Shown: piece by piece, positions 1 through 13,296 of the stretch
Numbering within the stretch: position 1 is the stretch's first letter
How the letters are laid out: every line of letters begins with the position of its first letter
Program-made: the position numbers and the translations under genes
Notes under the pieces: generated by a model
What the model saw: only the letters and a program-made list of their open reading frames with translations
What the model was told of the DNA's origin: nothing
Database searches by the model: none
Origin: Octopus sinensis
Taxonomy: Eukaryota
Reading direction: 5' to 3'
Length of the DNA stretch: 64,000 nucleotides
Assembly (NCBI RefSeq): GCF_006345805.1
Contig: NC_043002.1
Location: 93,248,001 to 93,312,000 of the forward strand

Positions 1-360
1 GGTGGTTGGATGGAACCTACACTCGCCTCCTTATGAGAGCTCAAAATCTCTCGTGGAAGCGCCATCCAACCAAAATGCAAATATATGGGAAACTACCACC
101 TGTGTCATCTCTTGTGAAAGGTAGGAGAGTCCAGTATGCTGGACATTGTTGTAGAGCTGAAAAAGAAGTAATTTCTACTCTTCTCCTCTGGAAGCCATCT
201 ACTCGCAATACCAGACGGCGCACACTCTCCTACCCTGATGTAATCTCCAGGGATACAGGCATCAAGCAACAGGACCTCCATAATGCCATGTTGGACCGTG
301 AAGTCTGGCGTAGCATGGTAAATTCCATTGTCTCGACCACGGTCGAACAATGATGATGAT
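1..360 (+). mobile_element. RTE-clade LINE 3' end (ORF C-terminus plus (TGA)n tail)
   Basis: ORF 6-353 ...RRVQYAGHCCRAEKE...LSYPDVISRDTG...AMLDREVWRSMV resembles an RTE post-RT region. The stop codon is the first unit of a tgatgatgat tail. Confidence 0.8.
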
Positions 361-655
361 AGTGTTCATGTGAGAGTGGAAGATAAATGTTGTTTTGATT
401 TATAGGCATATATATGTGTATACTCCCACACACTCCTGGATCTATGTATGTGTCTGTACTACTGTGCTTGTGTGTGCCTCCTATCAAAGAGGCTGTCTGT
501 AAATGCATGGCAAGGCTGTATGGTTGAGAAGTTTACTTCACAATTTCAGAGTTTTGAATTTGACCTGACTGTATGGCACCTTGGGCAAGTATTTTCTATC
601 AGAGCCATGGGTTGAGCAAAGCTTTGCAAGTGAAACTTGGTTGACAAATTGTGTA

Positions 656-895
656 AAGGCAGTGAGCTGGCAGAAATATTAGCACACCAGGCGAAATGCT
701 TAGCGGTATTTTGTTTGCCGCTATGTTCAGGGTTCAAATTCCACCGAGATCGACTTTGCCTTTCATCCTTTCGGGGGTTGATAAATCAAGTACCAGTTAC
801 GCACTGGGGTCAATGTAATCGACTTAATCCCTTTGTCTGTCCTTGTTTGTCCCCTCTATGTTTAGCCCCTTGTGGGTAATAAAGAAATAAGAAAT
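656..895 (+). mobile_element. tRNA-headed SINE family B, full copy
   Basis: Head ggcagtgagctggcagaa, B-box-like gggttcaaattcc, central block gactttgcctttcatcctttcgggg...agtaccag, (aataaagaa) tail. Degenerate relatives at about 6340-6520(-), 20455-20625(-), 23425-23600(-), 25145-25338(+), 26361-26800(+, two copies) and 63470-63660(-). Confidence 0.8.
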
Positions 896-2787
896 TGTGT
901 AAAACTTGATAGAGATTTTGTTGAAATGGATAATTTTATTATTTACTAGCTTGTAACCAAAGCAACACCCCCACTTTTCCACTTCCTCATTCTCAGACAA
1001 AGGGCAAATGTTCAAAATGTTAGTGTTCACTTTTTATAATAGTTTTATTTACTGAACTCTCTTATTAATGTATATATGTCCACTGGTCATAATTGTATTT
1101 ACATGACTAATAACATGAGGTATGTTTATGAAAAATTTTAGATTTTATTTAGTCATTATTCTGGCTTTATTAATAAGAATTTCCAATAGCACAGACTTTC
1201 TATTATAGAAGTGCACTGAAATTGACTCGTGAATGTAAGATGAGATGGTGTCTCGATGCACAGGTGTAAAATGTTACACTTCATAATTTTGAAGGTTTTG
1301 AACTGACATAGATTTGGAAGAGACTACAAATAAGACAGTTTGAAAGGTAATACCTGTAAACAAATGAATTGACATGAAAAGTTCAAAACATTTTCATGTT
1401 ATCAACACTAACGCATCTACAAATGTTAGTTTTAAGTATACATGCAATATACCTTAGATTCATAATCATGTTGTCCTCTAAATATCAAGGTCATTGTATG
1501 TCTCACTATGTGTCTGTAATTTGGCAACAAGCTCTTGGTAAAGTTCATTAAAAGCATCAGATCATACCCCCACTCCCATATCATCATCATCATCGTTTAG
1601 TGTCCGCTTTCCATGCTGACATGGGTTGGACGGTGCAACTGGGGTCTGGGAAGCCAGAAGGCTGCACCAGGCCCAGTCTGATCTGGCAATGTTTCTACGG
1701 CTGGATGCCCTTCCTAACGCCAACCACTCCATGAGTGTAGTGGGTGCTTTTTACGTGCCACCTGCACAGGTGCCATATAGATTCATTAATTTCATACAGA
1801 CAATTTCTAAAAGTTAACTTTATAGTCATCAATAATTAGCCTACACAGAAAACAAAATTTAAAGCTCTCAAAAATTTGATGTTGCTTTTCTAATGTTTTT
1901 TTTTTTCATATTAATGGGATTTGAACAGTTTTACAAATAATAACGTTTTCAAGAATTGTTGGAGTAACCAACTTGATGGTTTACTATATCTAATTCAGTT
2001 CTCCATTCCTTGTCATTGGCTTTAAGTTCTATCTAACAATAGCATCATCATCATCATTATTATTTTATGCCCCTTTTATGCTGACATGGGTTAGATGGGT
2101 CTCACAATGTCTCATCATTTACTTTAGCCCTTTGCATCTGGCAAAAACCTGATACCTTTGTACAAGAGAGGCCATGTCTGACAAAACTAAAAAGTCCCTC
2201 TCTTATCTATGTTAAATTGGTCTGGTCTTTTTTTTTTGTATAGTTTTCACAGCTGGATGCTCTTCCTATTATTAAACACATAGCATAGATTGATAGATTG
2301 GATGCAATTTAATCATACCACCAGTAGAGAGTTTGATTACCTCAATCAAGACCACAGAGTTCCTTCCACTCTGTGTCTCTTCTGTTTAAGTAAATTAAAT
2401 GTCTGACTTTTTACTTAGCTTCTTGATATCTTCCTTTCTCTTTATCTTCCAAACCTCTTTACCTCATTCACTACTGTGTCATTTCTTATCTCTTGCACTG
2501 ACACTGGTCAGTTGGTTACTTGTAGTAGTTTGTCCCTAAAGAGTGCTAATGTTCCTTTATGTTGCCTTGATTGAAGTATCCATGACTTGTATGGAAGCAA
2601 ACTCATAAAACCATTTACCAAGAAAACTGTACTGGTTACTTCGGTCACTAGCAACAAGAAAATGTTGACTTCGATTTTTACTTGCTCACAAATAAGAATG
2701 AACATGGTTTTTATCAAAGTTTGGGGTAAATTTGAGTTTTGATGTTTTTGTTTCAAACTGAAAATTCTCCATTTATTGTTTTGTTAA

Positions 2788-3009
2788 CCCTTTAGTGTTC
2801 GCATTATTCTGCCAAAATTAATCCTTTTTCATCCACATTGCCTTGAACTAATCATGCATTATCTTGGAGCTATGAGATTTTGATGAGGTAGCTGTTAATT
2901 TTCAAAAAAAATATTGTAGGGCTGGTGAGAGAGACCAGATCTGGCCAGTTTGAACATAAAACAGGTAGAATACTTTTGGCCGGATATGGCCGGTTTGAAT
3001 GCTAAAAGG
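2788..3009. mobile_element. piggyBac-like MITE
   Basis: TTAA|ccctttagtgttc ... gaatgctaaaagg|TTAA: TTAA target duplication with imperfect CCC/GG(G) terminal inverted repeats. Confidence 0.65.
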
Positions 3010-6000
3010 TTAATGGCAGTAGAGATTAGCTATAAAGTGTTATTTCTCTGTCTAATGTTACAAGAACTGACTTGAATACTATTAATAATTAATCATTTTA
3101 CAAATGCCACTGATGAGAGAAAAGACAAATATAAGCCACAATAAAGGCTCTGATTTCAAAGCTTCACTTGAGGGACTTTAATTTCGAATCATACATAATG
3201 ATTTCATTGATGTTTTCTAAACATGTGATCTCAGCAATTGTTAGTAATTAAATTAGATTTTAACATTTTGATGCTCCTTTGGTAAATAATTATGCTACTA
3301 TGCTAGGTACATGGGTTCAAATTTTCTTGAGCCCTATTGTCATCTTTCATACCCAATTTCTCTTTTAAATGCTCTAGTTCTTTTCAGTGTATTCAGATCT
3401 GTTATGTGTAGAGCAGAATTGAACTTCAACTTTTCCTCTTTTTATCACATCTTCTCTTCTGTCATCCTTTCCCACTCATCTACAATGGACATCAACATTG
3501 AATGTTCCCAATTTTAATCAGGAGTGCTGTTAACTTTGGTTCTAATGATTAATGCATGTCTTTTCCCTAACTGCAATTGTTATGTGTTCTTATGAGTTTT
3601 GTTTTCGTCCTCTTAATGACTTAACGAGAGGAGGAAAGCAACATCCTTGACTATTCCAGGGCCTCTAAAACTGATGGGAGGAAGTAGAAGTTATCTTCAA
3701 GTCTGGCCTCTATTCTTATAGCAGTATGGACTCTACTAAACTCATGCAAGAACCAGGTGGCAGGGTTACACCAGCCAACAAATTAAATTTACTGCCTAGG
3801 GACAAGAACAGTCCTTATGACTGCTTTCCATTTAGTTTCACCCATAAGGCTTTGATTGACCCTAAGCTATAGTAGAAAACATTTTCCCAATTTGCTACTC
3901 TGTTGGGATCAAAACTGAAGCTACATTGTTGAGGTGAACTTCTTAAACACTTGTCTATGTCTTCAGATCTACAGTGGTATTGAGTACTTATAATTCATCT
4001 GTTCCTTTTTGATACTTTCAATTCTTTTTAATAATAATTTTTACTTCTTTCACCATTATTTAGAAAACTCCATAATAGTTAATGTAAATTTTTTAATGTG
4101 GTTAACTAACTGGAAAAATTATTGCCAATCTTATGGATGCGTAAGTTTTATTCTCATCCCATCTAAAACAAGAAAGTGAGTGAAAACAAAGAAATTCTCT
4201 TGTATCTTTCTCTTCATAGCTTTTGCATTATCAAATTCTTTCATCTGTTGTTGAAAAATAAACAGCCTATAATAAATATTTGGAGGCAATTACCCATTAT
4301 CACAACTCAGAACACATTCACACAGAAGAGCAATTCTTGTAAGAGGAAACTGTCCTGAGGGCAAAATATGCATTTACTAATTGTCCAAGTTGCCAATTTC
4401 TTCAATTGCAGCTATGTAATCTGTTTCCTTCCACCCATCTTTTCTCAGCAGAGGTCGTTACAAGTCATATTCTTGCAGACAAAGCTGCTATAAACATTGT
4501 GTGCATTTCTTTCAACTCTCAGCATCACCATTATTTTCTTTGCTTTTCCATGTTAGTATGGGGTGGAACTTGTTCTTAGTTGATGCTACTGCTTCCCTAG
4601 ACAAGTTGAGGATATTTCAGTTGTACATTCCATTTTTATGGTTGGATGCTCTTCCTAATGCCACTTTACAAAATGGATGTACTTATGGCACCACCCTATT
4701 GAAAGTATTTTCATCTCCAGCTCACCATAATTCCATTACTTCTGTACTGCTTACCCTTCATAACTCCATTGTTGCTAAGTCTGATAATGCTATACGTTTG
4801 TGTGTGTATAGCAGTGTGGTAAGAAACTTGCTTCTCAACCACTTAGTACTGGGTTTGGTCCCATTGTATGGCACCTTGGCAAGTACTTTTACTATGCCTT
4901 GGGCTGACCAAACCCTTGTGAGTGAATTTGGTAGATGGAAACTGAAAGAAGCACATCACATATATATGTGTGTATATATATATATATATGTATGTTTGTA
5001 TGTATGTGTGTGTGTGTGTTTGGTTGTCCCCTCTACCACTTGACAATCAGTGTTTCTGTGTTTATGTCCCTGTAACTTAGCGGCTTGCCAAAAAGAGACC
5101 AATAGAATAAATACCAGGCTTAACAAGAAATAAGTACTGGAGTTGATTTATTCAACTAAAAATTCTTCAAGGCAGTGCCTCAGTACAGCTGCAGTCTAAT
5201 TGCTGAAACAAGTAAATGATTAAAGATATATCAGAGACTCACTCTTATCATTTCTGTACATTAAATTTCTTTTCTTCTTTTTGTCTGATGAGAAAGAACA
5301 GTGCTCTGGATCCTTTTCAGGGTCTCAAAGATTGATGTGAGGAAATCATTCTCAAACTGGAAACCTGGATTAAATGTGGCAACAGTGTTAACTTTACTAA
5401 AGGTATACTCTAGTCCTAACTGGAAGTACCTTCCTCTTCTCTCTGAAACCTTATATTCTTCACTCATTTTCCCTGTCTTTAGTTTGTTCACTAGCAATTT
5501 CAACTACTCCCTCTGGGCTTTCATATCTTCTGTCAATTGCTAATTCCTAAAGATCTTGTTAACATGCAATTATAAACATCAGGGAATCTCTAGAGAGAAA
5601 AAATGTGTGATGAAAGTCTCTAGTAAGTGCTGATTTACTATTGGATAACCTTGTTTTTTTTGGTTGAAGTGGAAGCAGTACTCTGTAAAGATAAAGAGGA
5701 ATTGATTAATCACGAGTCAATTTAGTTGACATAGTAACGTTGTACATACAACATTTTATATATACACACATGACTCCGTGCCAATGGCACGTAAAAAGCA
5801 CCAATCCGATCGTGGCCGTTGCCAGCCTCGCCTGGCACGTAAAAAGCACCCACTACACTCACGGAGTGGTTGGCATTAGGAAGGGCATCCAGCTGTAGAA
5901 ACACTGCCAGATCAGACTGGAGCCTGGTGCAGCCTCCTGGCTTCCCAGATCCCTAGTCGAACTGTCCAACCCATGCTAGCATGGAGAACGGACGTTAAAT

Positions 6001-8448
6001 GATGATGATGTCCTTGTATTTACATTATCAAATGTGTCTATGGCAATTATATACCATATGTTTTCATCATCATTTAGCATCTGTATTCCAAGCTTTTGAC
6101 AAGCTTTGACAATTTAAAAGACTGGTCAAGCTCTAACATCTGTTTTGGTGTAGTTTCTGTGGATGGATGATCTTTCTAAATATTAGATATATTTAATCTT
6201 GGTGTGAAAATATAAATCAAAAGAGTGGACAAACCAAAAGAGCTTTGAAAGCTTAGTGAGTAAAGTATTTGCTCAACTAGTTTGTATTTCTTAACTGTTA
6301 AGAACAATATGTTATTAACTAAATAATGGATTCAGATTTTGGAATAAAGCCAGCAATTTGAGGGGTGGGGTAAGTTAATCGCATTGACCCCAGTGCTCAT
6401 CTGGTAGATGAAAGGCAAAGTTGTCCTTGGCAGAATTTGAACTCAGAATGTAATGAGCCTGAATAAATGTCGCTAAATATTTTGTCTGATGCATTAACAG
6501 CTCTGTCACTTTGCCGCCTTTTGTCTACTAAATAACGTAATGTATTTACGACTCAGTTTCCCTCTCCAGTCTAAGCTTTACACCCAGTGGATTTAGTGTC
6601 AACTCTATAAAGATTAAGTGAGAACAATGAAATACTATCCAATATCTTGTTCACTGCCCTTGTTTCTGTGTCAAATGCACATACCTTAACTAACTATTAA
6701 AGAGACCTTGTTTTTAATATATCTTTTATAGTAGCTATACATAGATACACAAACATACTGACAGTCCTAATCCAAACAAAATATTTCTATATCCTTATTT
6801 AAACATTCTCCATTCATTGCTATTGTTTCATCTGTAAAGCTTCTGTCAATTTTTCAGTGCTACAACAAAAGAAACCATCCTCTTATCAACTTGTTTTAAC
6901 TATTATGAATATTTTCAGTTAAAACTACTCCATTTTTTTTTTACAGCTAACATTTAAATTTTTCAAGGTAGACATAGGTCATTCTTGTTCTTTGCTCAAG
7001 CTGGTTTAAAAAAGAGGACGTAAACATTGTTTATGTATATATACATATATTTACAATCAACATGCTTAAGTAGATTAAATACAACATTCTGCCTTCATTA
7101 GAAAAAGTGTTAATATGTCAGAAGTGGTTTTTATGTAAGATACACTAATCTGGTTGTTATTTAACCAATTAAGCACTATTTCAGCGTTAAACAAGCAAGG
7201 TAGAAATGAATGGAAATCATACAGATGCTCTGTGACTATTTTGTTGTCATGTTGCTTAGTTCCTAGTCAGTCCGATCAAGCAGACATATGATCAAAGATA
7301 TTCCAGCCACATCTTATTCAGACATAGTAAAGCTACAACCAAATTATAAGTTGTGATGTGAGTGAGATTTGACTGCTTTTTTTAACAGTTCAGGGGATCA
7401 CATAGAGGGTTGCTCATTGGTTCATGTATTTTCTTTTATCATGTACTTGTTTCATTCATTTGACTGTAGCCATGCTGGAGCACTGCCTTGAAGGGTTTTA
7501 GTTGAATGAATCAACCCCCAGTACTTAATTTTTTAAAAGCTGGTATTATATTGATCTTTTTTCGCCAAACTGCCAAGTTAGAGGGACATAAACTAACCAA
7601 CACTGGTTGTCAAACAATGGTGGATGACAAACACAGGGACACACACACACACACACATGCATGCACATACGTATATGCATATACATATATATGTGCACAC
7701 ACATCATCATCATTTAGCGTTTGCTTTCCATGATGGCATGGGTTAGACAGTTTGATTGAAACTGGTAAGCTTCCAGTCTGATTTGGTATGATTTCTATGG
7801 CTTGATGCCCTTCTTAATGCCAACCACTCCAAGAGTGCAATGGGTGCTTTTTACATGCCACTGGCACAGGTACCAGTTACATGACACTAGCGCCGGCCAT
7901 GAATATTTCACTTGGCTTGACAGGTCTTCTCAAGCATAGCATATTGCCAAAGGTCTTGGTCACTTATCATTGCCTCCATGAGACCCAATGTTCAAATAGA
8001 CTTCTCAATCATCATCATCATCGTTTAACGTCCGTTTTCCGCGCTAGCACGGGTTGGACGGTTTGACCGGGGTCTGGGGAGCCAGGGACTGCCCCAGGCT
8101 CCAGTCTGATCTGGCAGTGTTTCTACAGCTGGATGCCCTTCCTAACGCCAACCACTCCGCGAGTGTAGTGGGTGCTTTTTACGTGCCACCTGCACAGGTG
8201 CCAGAGGGGTCATATATATATATATATATCTTTTACTTGTTTCAGTCATTTGACTGAAGCCATGCTGGAGCTCTGCCTTGAACGATTTTAGTCAAACAAA
8301 TCAACTCCAGGACTTATTTTTTTAAAGCTTAGTACTTATTCCATTGGTCTCCTTTGCCGAACTGCTAAGTTATGGGAATGTAAACACATCAACACTGGTT
8401 GTCAAATGGTTGTGGGGCAAACATAGACACAAAGACACACACGCATAG

Positions 8449-8935
8449 ATCATCATCATCATCATCATCATCATCATTTAACGTCCGCTTTCCATGCTAG
8501 CATGGGTTGGACGGTTCAACTGGGGTCTGGGGAGCCCAAAGGCTGCACCAGGCCAGTCAGATCTGGCAGTGTTTCTACAGCTGGATGCCCTTCCTAACGC
8601 CAACCACTCCGAGAGTGTAGTGGGTGATTTTATGTGCCACCGACACAGGTGCCAGACGAGGCTGGCGAACGGCCACGCTCGGATGGTGTTTTTTATGTGC
8701 CAACGACACAGGTGCCAGACGAGGCTGGCAGACGGCCACGCTCGGATGGTGTTTTTATGTGCCACCGACACAGGTGCCAGATGAGGCTGGCAAACGGCCA
8801 CGATCGGATGGTGTTTGTTACGTGCCCACAGCACGGAGGCCAGTCGATGCGGTACTGGCTACGGCCACGTTCGGATGGCTTTCTTGTGTGCCACCGGCAC
8901 TGGTACCACAAAGATACAAATTCCATTGATGTTCA

Positions 8936-8940
<5 letters not shown>
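8449..8940 (-). mobile_element. (GAT)n-tailed repeat family C (RTE 3'UTR-derived), young copy with ~60-bp internal repeats
   Basis: (cat)n ttaacgtccgctttccatgctagcatgggttggacgg...gctggatgcccttcctaacgccaaccactcc, then tandem ~60-bp units. Other copies at about 1580-1775, 5770-6010, 7700-8210, 8970-9185, 13530-13855, 21405-21750, 24790-25090, 28340-28570, 36629-37040, 50010-50660, 61175-61455, 62200-62640 and 63830-64000. Confidence 0.85.
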
Positions 8941-8972
<32 letters not shown>

Positions 8973-9479
8973 TCATCATCATTTAACGTCCGTTTTCCAT
9001 GCTAGCATGGGTTGGACTGTTTGACCGGGGTCTGGGAAGCCAGGAAGCTGCACTAGACTCCAGTCTGATCTGGCAGTGTTTCTACAGCTAGATACCCTTC
9101 CTTATGCCAACCACTCTGTGAGTATAATGGATGCTTTTTATGTGCCACTGGCACAGGGGCCAGAGGAGGCTGGCAACGGCCACGATATATATATATATAT
9201 ATACATACACACACACACTAGCAGAGATATCCAGCATTGCTCAGGATTAAAATGGCAGAGTTTGTATATATTACAGTTACGTTGAAACAAGTGATACAAG
9301 AAAGTGCAGCATTGACGACAAAACATTTGTGGAGTAAATGATGGGCTAATTCAACTAAGCAACATGCCATGCGTCCATTTGGAGTATTCCAAGCCCATGG
9401 AAAATTGGGGTGATGGGGTACGTGGTTTTTGAATGCATCAAAAAGCTGCCAGTGGATATACTTTCCTTTGTGGCAGTCA

Positions 9480-10450
9480 AGCACTGCATCTAACATGACC
9501 CATCATCTGAAGATTTGACACCTCCTTCGGGTTTGTTGTCCTATATCACTCATAAAGAAAATTTGGAGGAACTGTGGTTGTTCATTTGTGAGTAACAGGG
9601 AACCAATGATGTGATAGCCTTGCCTTTGAACTTTGAACATCAGCATAAATCCATGTTCAATTATCTCCTTAGATGCACCATATGATGTCATTTGAAATGC
9701 AGAATTGTATTGTGTGATATTGTTCAGGAAATCCTTTGACTGGATGGAAGTGCTTTCCAGAAATCCATAAGAGGTTGAGGAGGAGCTGGCAATGTTAACT
9801 TACTGCCTGAGCAGCACATCTCATTAGTTTCATTTGGAAATTTTAAACCTTTGCAGAAACAACAATTTGAATTTAGCACACCAGTTTGGACAAAATTATC
9901 ATTTTTATAAGAATAGGGTGGATCATATCTGAAAGTAGCTAGGAGTTGTGAAGAACGAATTTGTATGTAGTCTGTTTCTGAGAGCTATTCTATTGGACCT
10001 CTGTCTAATCATTAAAACATTGTTTTAATGATCTAACATTAAGTGCTGCAACATGCATTTGCTGATCTTAAGAAAGTCTCATCTGCCTTCTCTCTTGAGA
10101 CTGCATGTGACTTGCTGCAACATGCATTTGCTGATCTTGGGAAAGTCTCATTTCCTTTCTCTCTTGGGACTCCATTTGATGTACTGGAGCATGCCTTTGC
10201 TGATCTTGGGAATATCTCACCTCTCTTCTCTCTTGAGACTCCATTTAATGTACTGCAGCATGCATTTGGTGATCTTGGGAAAGTCTCATCTTCTGTCTTG
10301 AGACTCCATTTGACATGCTGCAGCATGCTTTTTCTTGATCTTGAGAAAGTCTCATCTCGCTTCTGTCTTGAGACTCCATTTAATGTACCGTTGCATTCGT
10401 TTGCTGATCTTGACAAAGTCTCATCTCTTTTCTCTCTTGAGACTCTCACA
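9480..10450 (-). mobile_element. Decayed autonomous Helitron ORF (N-terminal region)
   Basis: The - strand reads, across frameshifts, FRYDPPYSYKNDNFVQTGVLNSNCCFCKGLKFPNETNEMCCSG...SKDFLNNITQYNSAFQMTSYGASKEIIEHGFMLMFKVQRQGYHIIGSL...QPQFLQIFF. This is the conserved pre-Rep block of animal Helitrons. Confidence 0.75.
10044..10447. repeat. Tandem repeat, 6 x ~69 bp
   Basis: The tgatctt motif recurs with its g at 10064, 10133, 10202, 10271, 10337 and 10406. Confidence 0.9.
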
Positions 10451-10950
10451 TTCAGTTCTCTACAATCCTCCTTGTTTTATACTCGTTTCTGGAGAGATTA
10501 CGTCTTTTTTTTGGTGGCATATTTTTTTCAATATTGTTAACAGAAATTATGAACATAGAAAAATTTATACATTAATCTCTATTTTTGTAAGCAGTTGTAT
10601 GTATGTAGTATGTCTTTATTTTTGCATGCAGTATAAATGAACCAAATAGAAGCACATGTATGAACTGCTGATTTTCTTTAGAAATAAGATGATCTTAGTG
10701 TTATCACATTAGAATTAAAAGTGAAACAATATTATATCACATTACAATATAGATCTCATTCTTTCACTTTTACATGTAATACCGACCCAGTGCCAATGTT
10801 ATGTTTTAATCCAAATGAAAAAAACAATTACATGTTGACACCCATGGGGTCTGATACTATTACCTAGTAAAATTTGATTTGGTTTGGTTGAGCCATTTGA
10901 GAATGCATAGACAGGCAGACAAAAAATTATATTTATATATATATACATAT

Positions 10951-11482
10951 ATTATATAAAAGGGCTTAGTAAAATAAATTACTTTGCCGCATACTGAACT
11001 CATTAGAAATAGCAGCTAAAAAACTTTTTTAAGGCTATTTCTAATACTTAAAGAAAATCTCTCTCATATATAGTGTTTGCATAATTCAACTCACAAAAGT
11101 TTGGGGGTAAGGACATCGAAAAATCAAATGCTAAGGTTATTCGAGAACGTACGTTTCAAGATTAGTCAAAACAACATTTCTATCATCGGCTCGGAAATTC
11201 CTTGGTTTGGATTTGGATTTCCAAATCCAAACCAAGGAATTTCCGAGCCGATGATAGAAATGTTGTTTTGACTAATCTTGAAACGTACGTTCTCGAATAC
11301 CTTAGCATTTGATTTTTCGATGTCCTTACCCCCAAACTTTTGTGAGTTGAATTATGCAAACACATATATGAGAGAGATTTTCTTTAAGTATTAGAAATAG
11401 CTTAAAAAAGTTTTTTAGCTGCTATTTCTAATGAGTTCAGTATGCGGCAAAGTAATTATTTTACTAAGCCCTTTTATATAAT
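10951..11482. repeat. Near-perfect palindrome: 267-bp and 263-bp arms, 2-nt spacer
   Basis: 10951-11217 is the reverse complement of 11220-11482 with no substitutions found and four single-base insertions, all in the left arm. Confidence 0.95.
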
Positions 11483-11579
11483 GTAATAATTTGAATTCGC
11501 CTTGAATGGTCCCTTTGCATACTGAACACTTGGTGAAATTGATTAATAATTAATTAATTTTGCCCTCAATTGTTGAAAT

Positions 11580-11613
<34 letters not shown>

Positions 11614-11907
11614 GAAGATAGATAGATAGATGGTGGGCTTCTTTCAGTTTCTATCTACCAAATAAACTCACAAGGCCATGGACAGCCTGGGGCTGTAGTA
11701 GCAGATAGTTGTCCAAGGTATCATACTGTGGGACTGAATCCAGACCCATGTGGTTGGGAAACAAACTTTTTACCATACAGCCACTCCTGCACGTATGTTG
11801 ATAAATTTCATAAACAGATTGATGATGTCAGTAATGAACACCTTGACTTCCCATGCTGTATCTTTATAGCAAGACAGCTTCACACAACTCATACTTCTAG
11901 TTATATA

Positions 11908-13296
11908 TAGGGTAGGTGAAAAGTAAGTAGGCATCAAGGATTGTTAATAAAATCCATATTCCTTTTACAAATTTATTGAAACAACTGATACATGTTCTTT
12001 ATTACATGAGAAAGTGAAAGTAAGCACCAGTGGCATCAGCAAGTTTCTTCAAACAGCCAGGGATGGAATGAACAAACTTCTGAAGGATGTCATCTGGGAT
12101 ATCATTGAAAAATTCCTGAATCCATGTCTCCAAGTCCTTCTGTGTGCGAGGTTTTATCTTGTACACCTCTTTTGTGTAGCCCCACAGGTAAAAATCACAT
12201 GGAGTGAGATCTGGACTTCTTGGAGTTCTGGACCTCTGGACTTCTGCAGTCACAGTCTTCGGGTTTTAGCACCTGCATGTAATGGGGTTTCCACGGACAT
12301 AAATTCAGTTCTTTATGCAACACTGTATGTATTGTGTGTTTTGTTAGTCCGCTTTCACGAGCTGCTTGACATGTTGTTTTTTGAAGGCTGCAATTTAACA
12401 TTTCCTGCACTGTTGCCACATTCTCTGCTGATTGGGACGTGGTTGGATGACAACTTTTTCTTGCATCATTCTCTGAGCCCATGGTCATCAGCTTTGGCTG
12501 ACAACTTTTTATTGTCTCTGGATGTAGTAAGCATACAACATGCTTACCTTTCCATGCACGCCACCATCTCTGAACCAAAACAATGGAATTCCACATTTTA
12601 TAGTGTGCTGCTATCTTAGCTCACTCCTGAACAGTCAAGCAACCGACCATCTGGAAAATCTCTATATATATAAAACTGTAGTTGCGTAAGTGTCTGTCCC
12701 CTTCGATTTAGATTCCTAACTACTCCCACATTTTGCGGTGCAGTTTAACCAAATTCGGGTATCTTATAGTCGTGATTCATATCGAGCCCATCTGAGTATT
12801 AGCGCGTGTCTACGATGAGTCTACGATTTAAAAAATAATTTAACATCATTTTTTATTCCATTTTAATGCATAATTTTTTGTGTGTCGATGGCGGCGGAGT
12901 TGGCGTCCATGGTCACACCTGCACCTGTTTGCTTCTCCCCTTCTTCCCTCCCTCGTGAAGCTGTGGGGAAGGGAGTGTAAGGAAATCAACATCGTAAAGC
13001 GTTGTCAAGGAGACCAGCGTTCTTTTAGAACAATGACTTCATGGCTTGAAGACACCAAAACAGAAATGGCTAAGAAAGCCCGAATTGGCATCTATAAGGG
13101 AAGTAACTCTCTAAAAATGCTTATATAGTTATTTCCCTTACAAACCCGAGCAACGCCGGGCGATACTGCTAGTAAGATATAAGAAAATAAGAAATCCCTT
13201 TTAGCGTTTTCTATTTAAAAAGTGTTTTCGTCATGACTTCAGTGATACTAAAAATTCTGTAAGCAATTTCTAATGCCTAGTTACTTTCCACCCACC

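Noticed and set aside
1215-1245. ALKLTRE|gtaaga as the missing first PDZ exon
   Set aside because: It is phase-compatible and slightly LTRG-like, but has no ATG, is only 26 nt between AG and GT, and lies 32 kb away; unsupported without transcripts.
1626-1817. Recurrent ORFs containing LQLDALPNANHS (here and at 8054, 8494, 21440, 24818, 50038, 62239 and others)
   Set aside because: These are antisense translations of the family C repeat core, not a gene family.
5261-5543. Overlapping 80-aa ORFs on both strands
   Set aside because: No recognisable motif or splice signals; possibly an old TE fragment, left uncalled.
10039-10540. Cys-pair repeat protein (ANACCST) or its antisense ORF as a host gene
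   Set aside because: No splice context, and frameshifted units; better explained as Helitron N-terminal repeats in a third frame.
11515-11545. ctgaacacttggtgaaa next to the large palindrome as a second ribozyme
   Set aside because: C3 with C8 cannot pair, and no helix I or III is evident.
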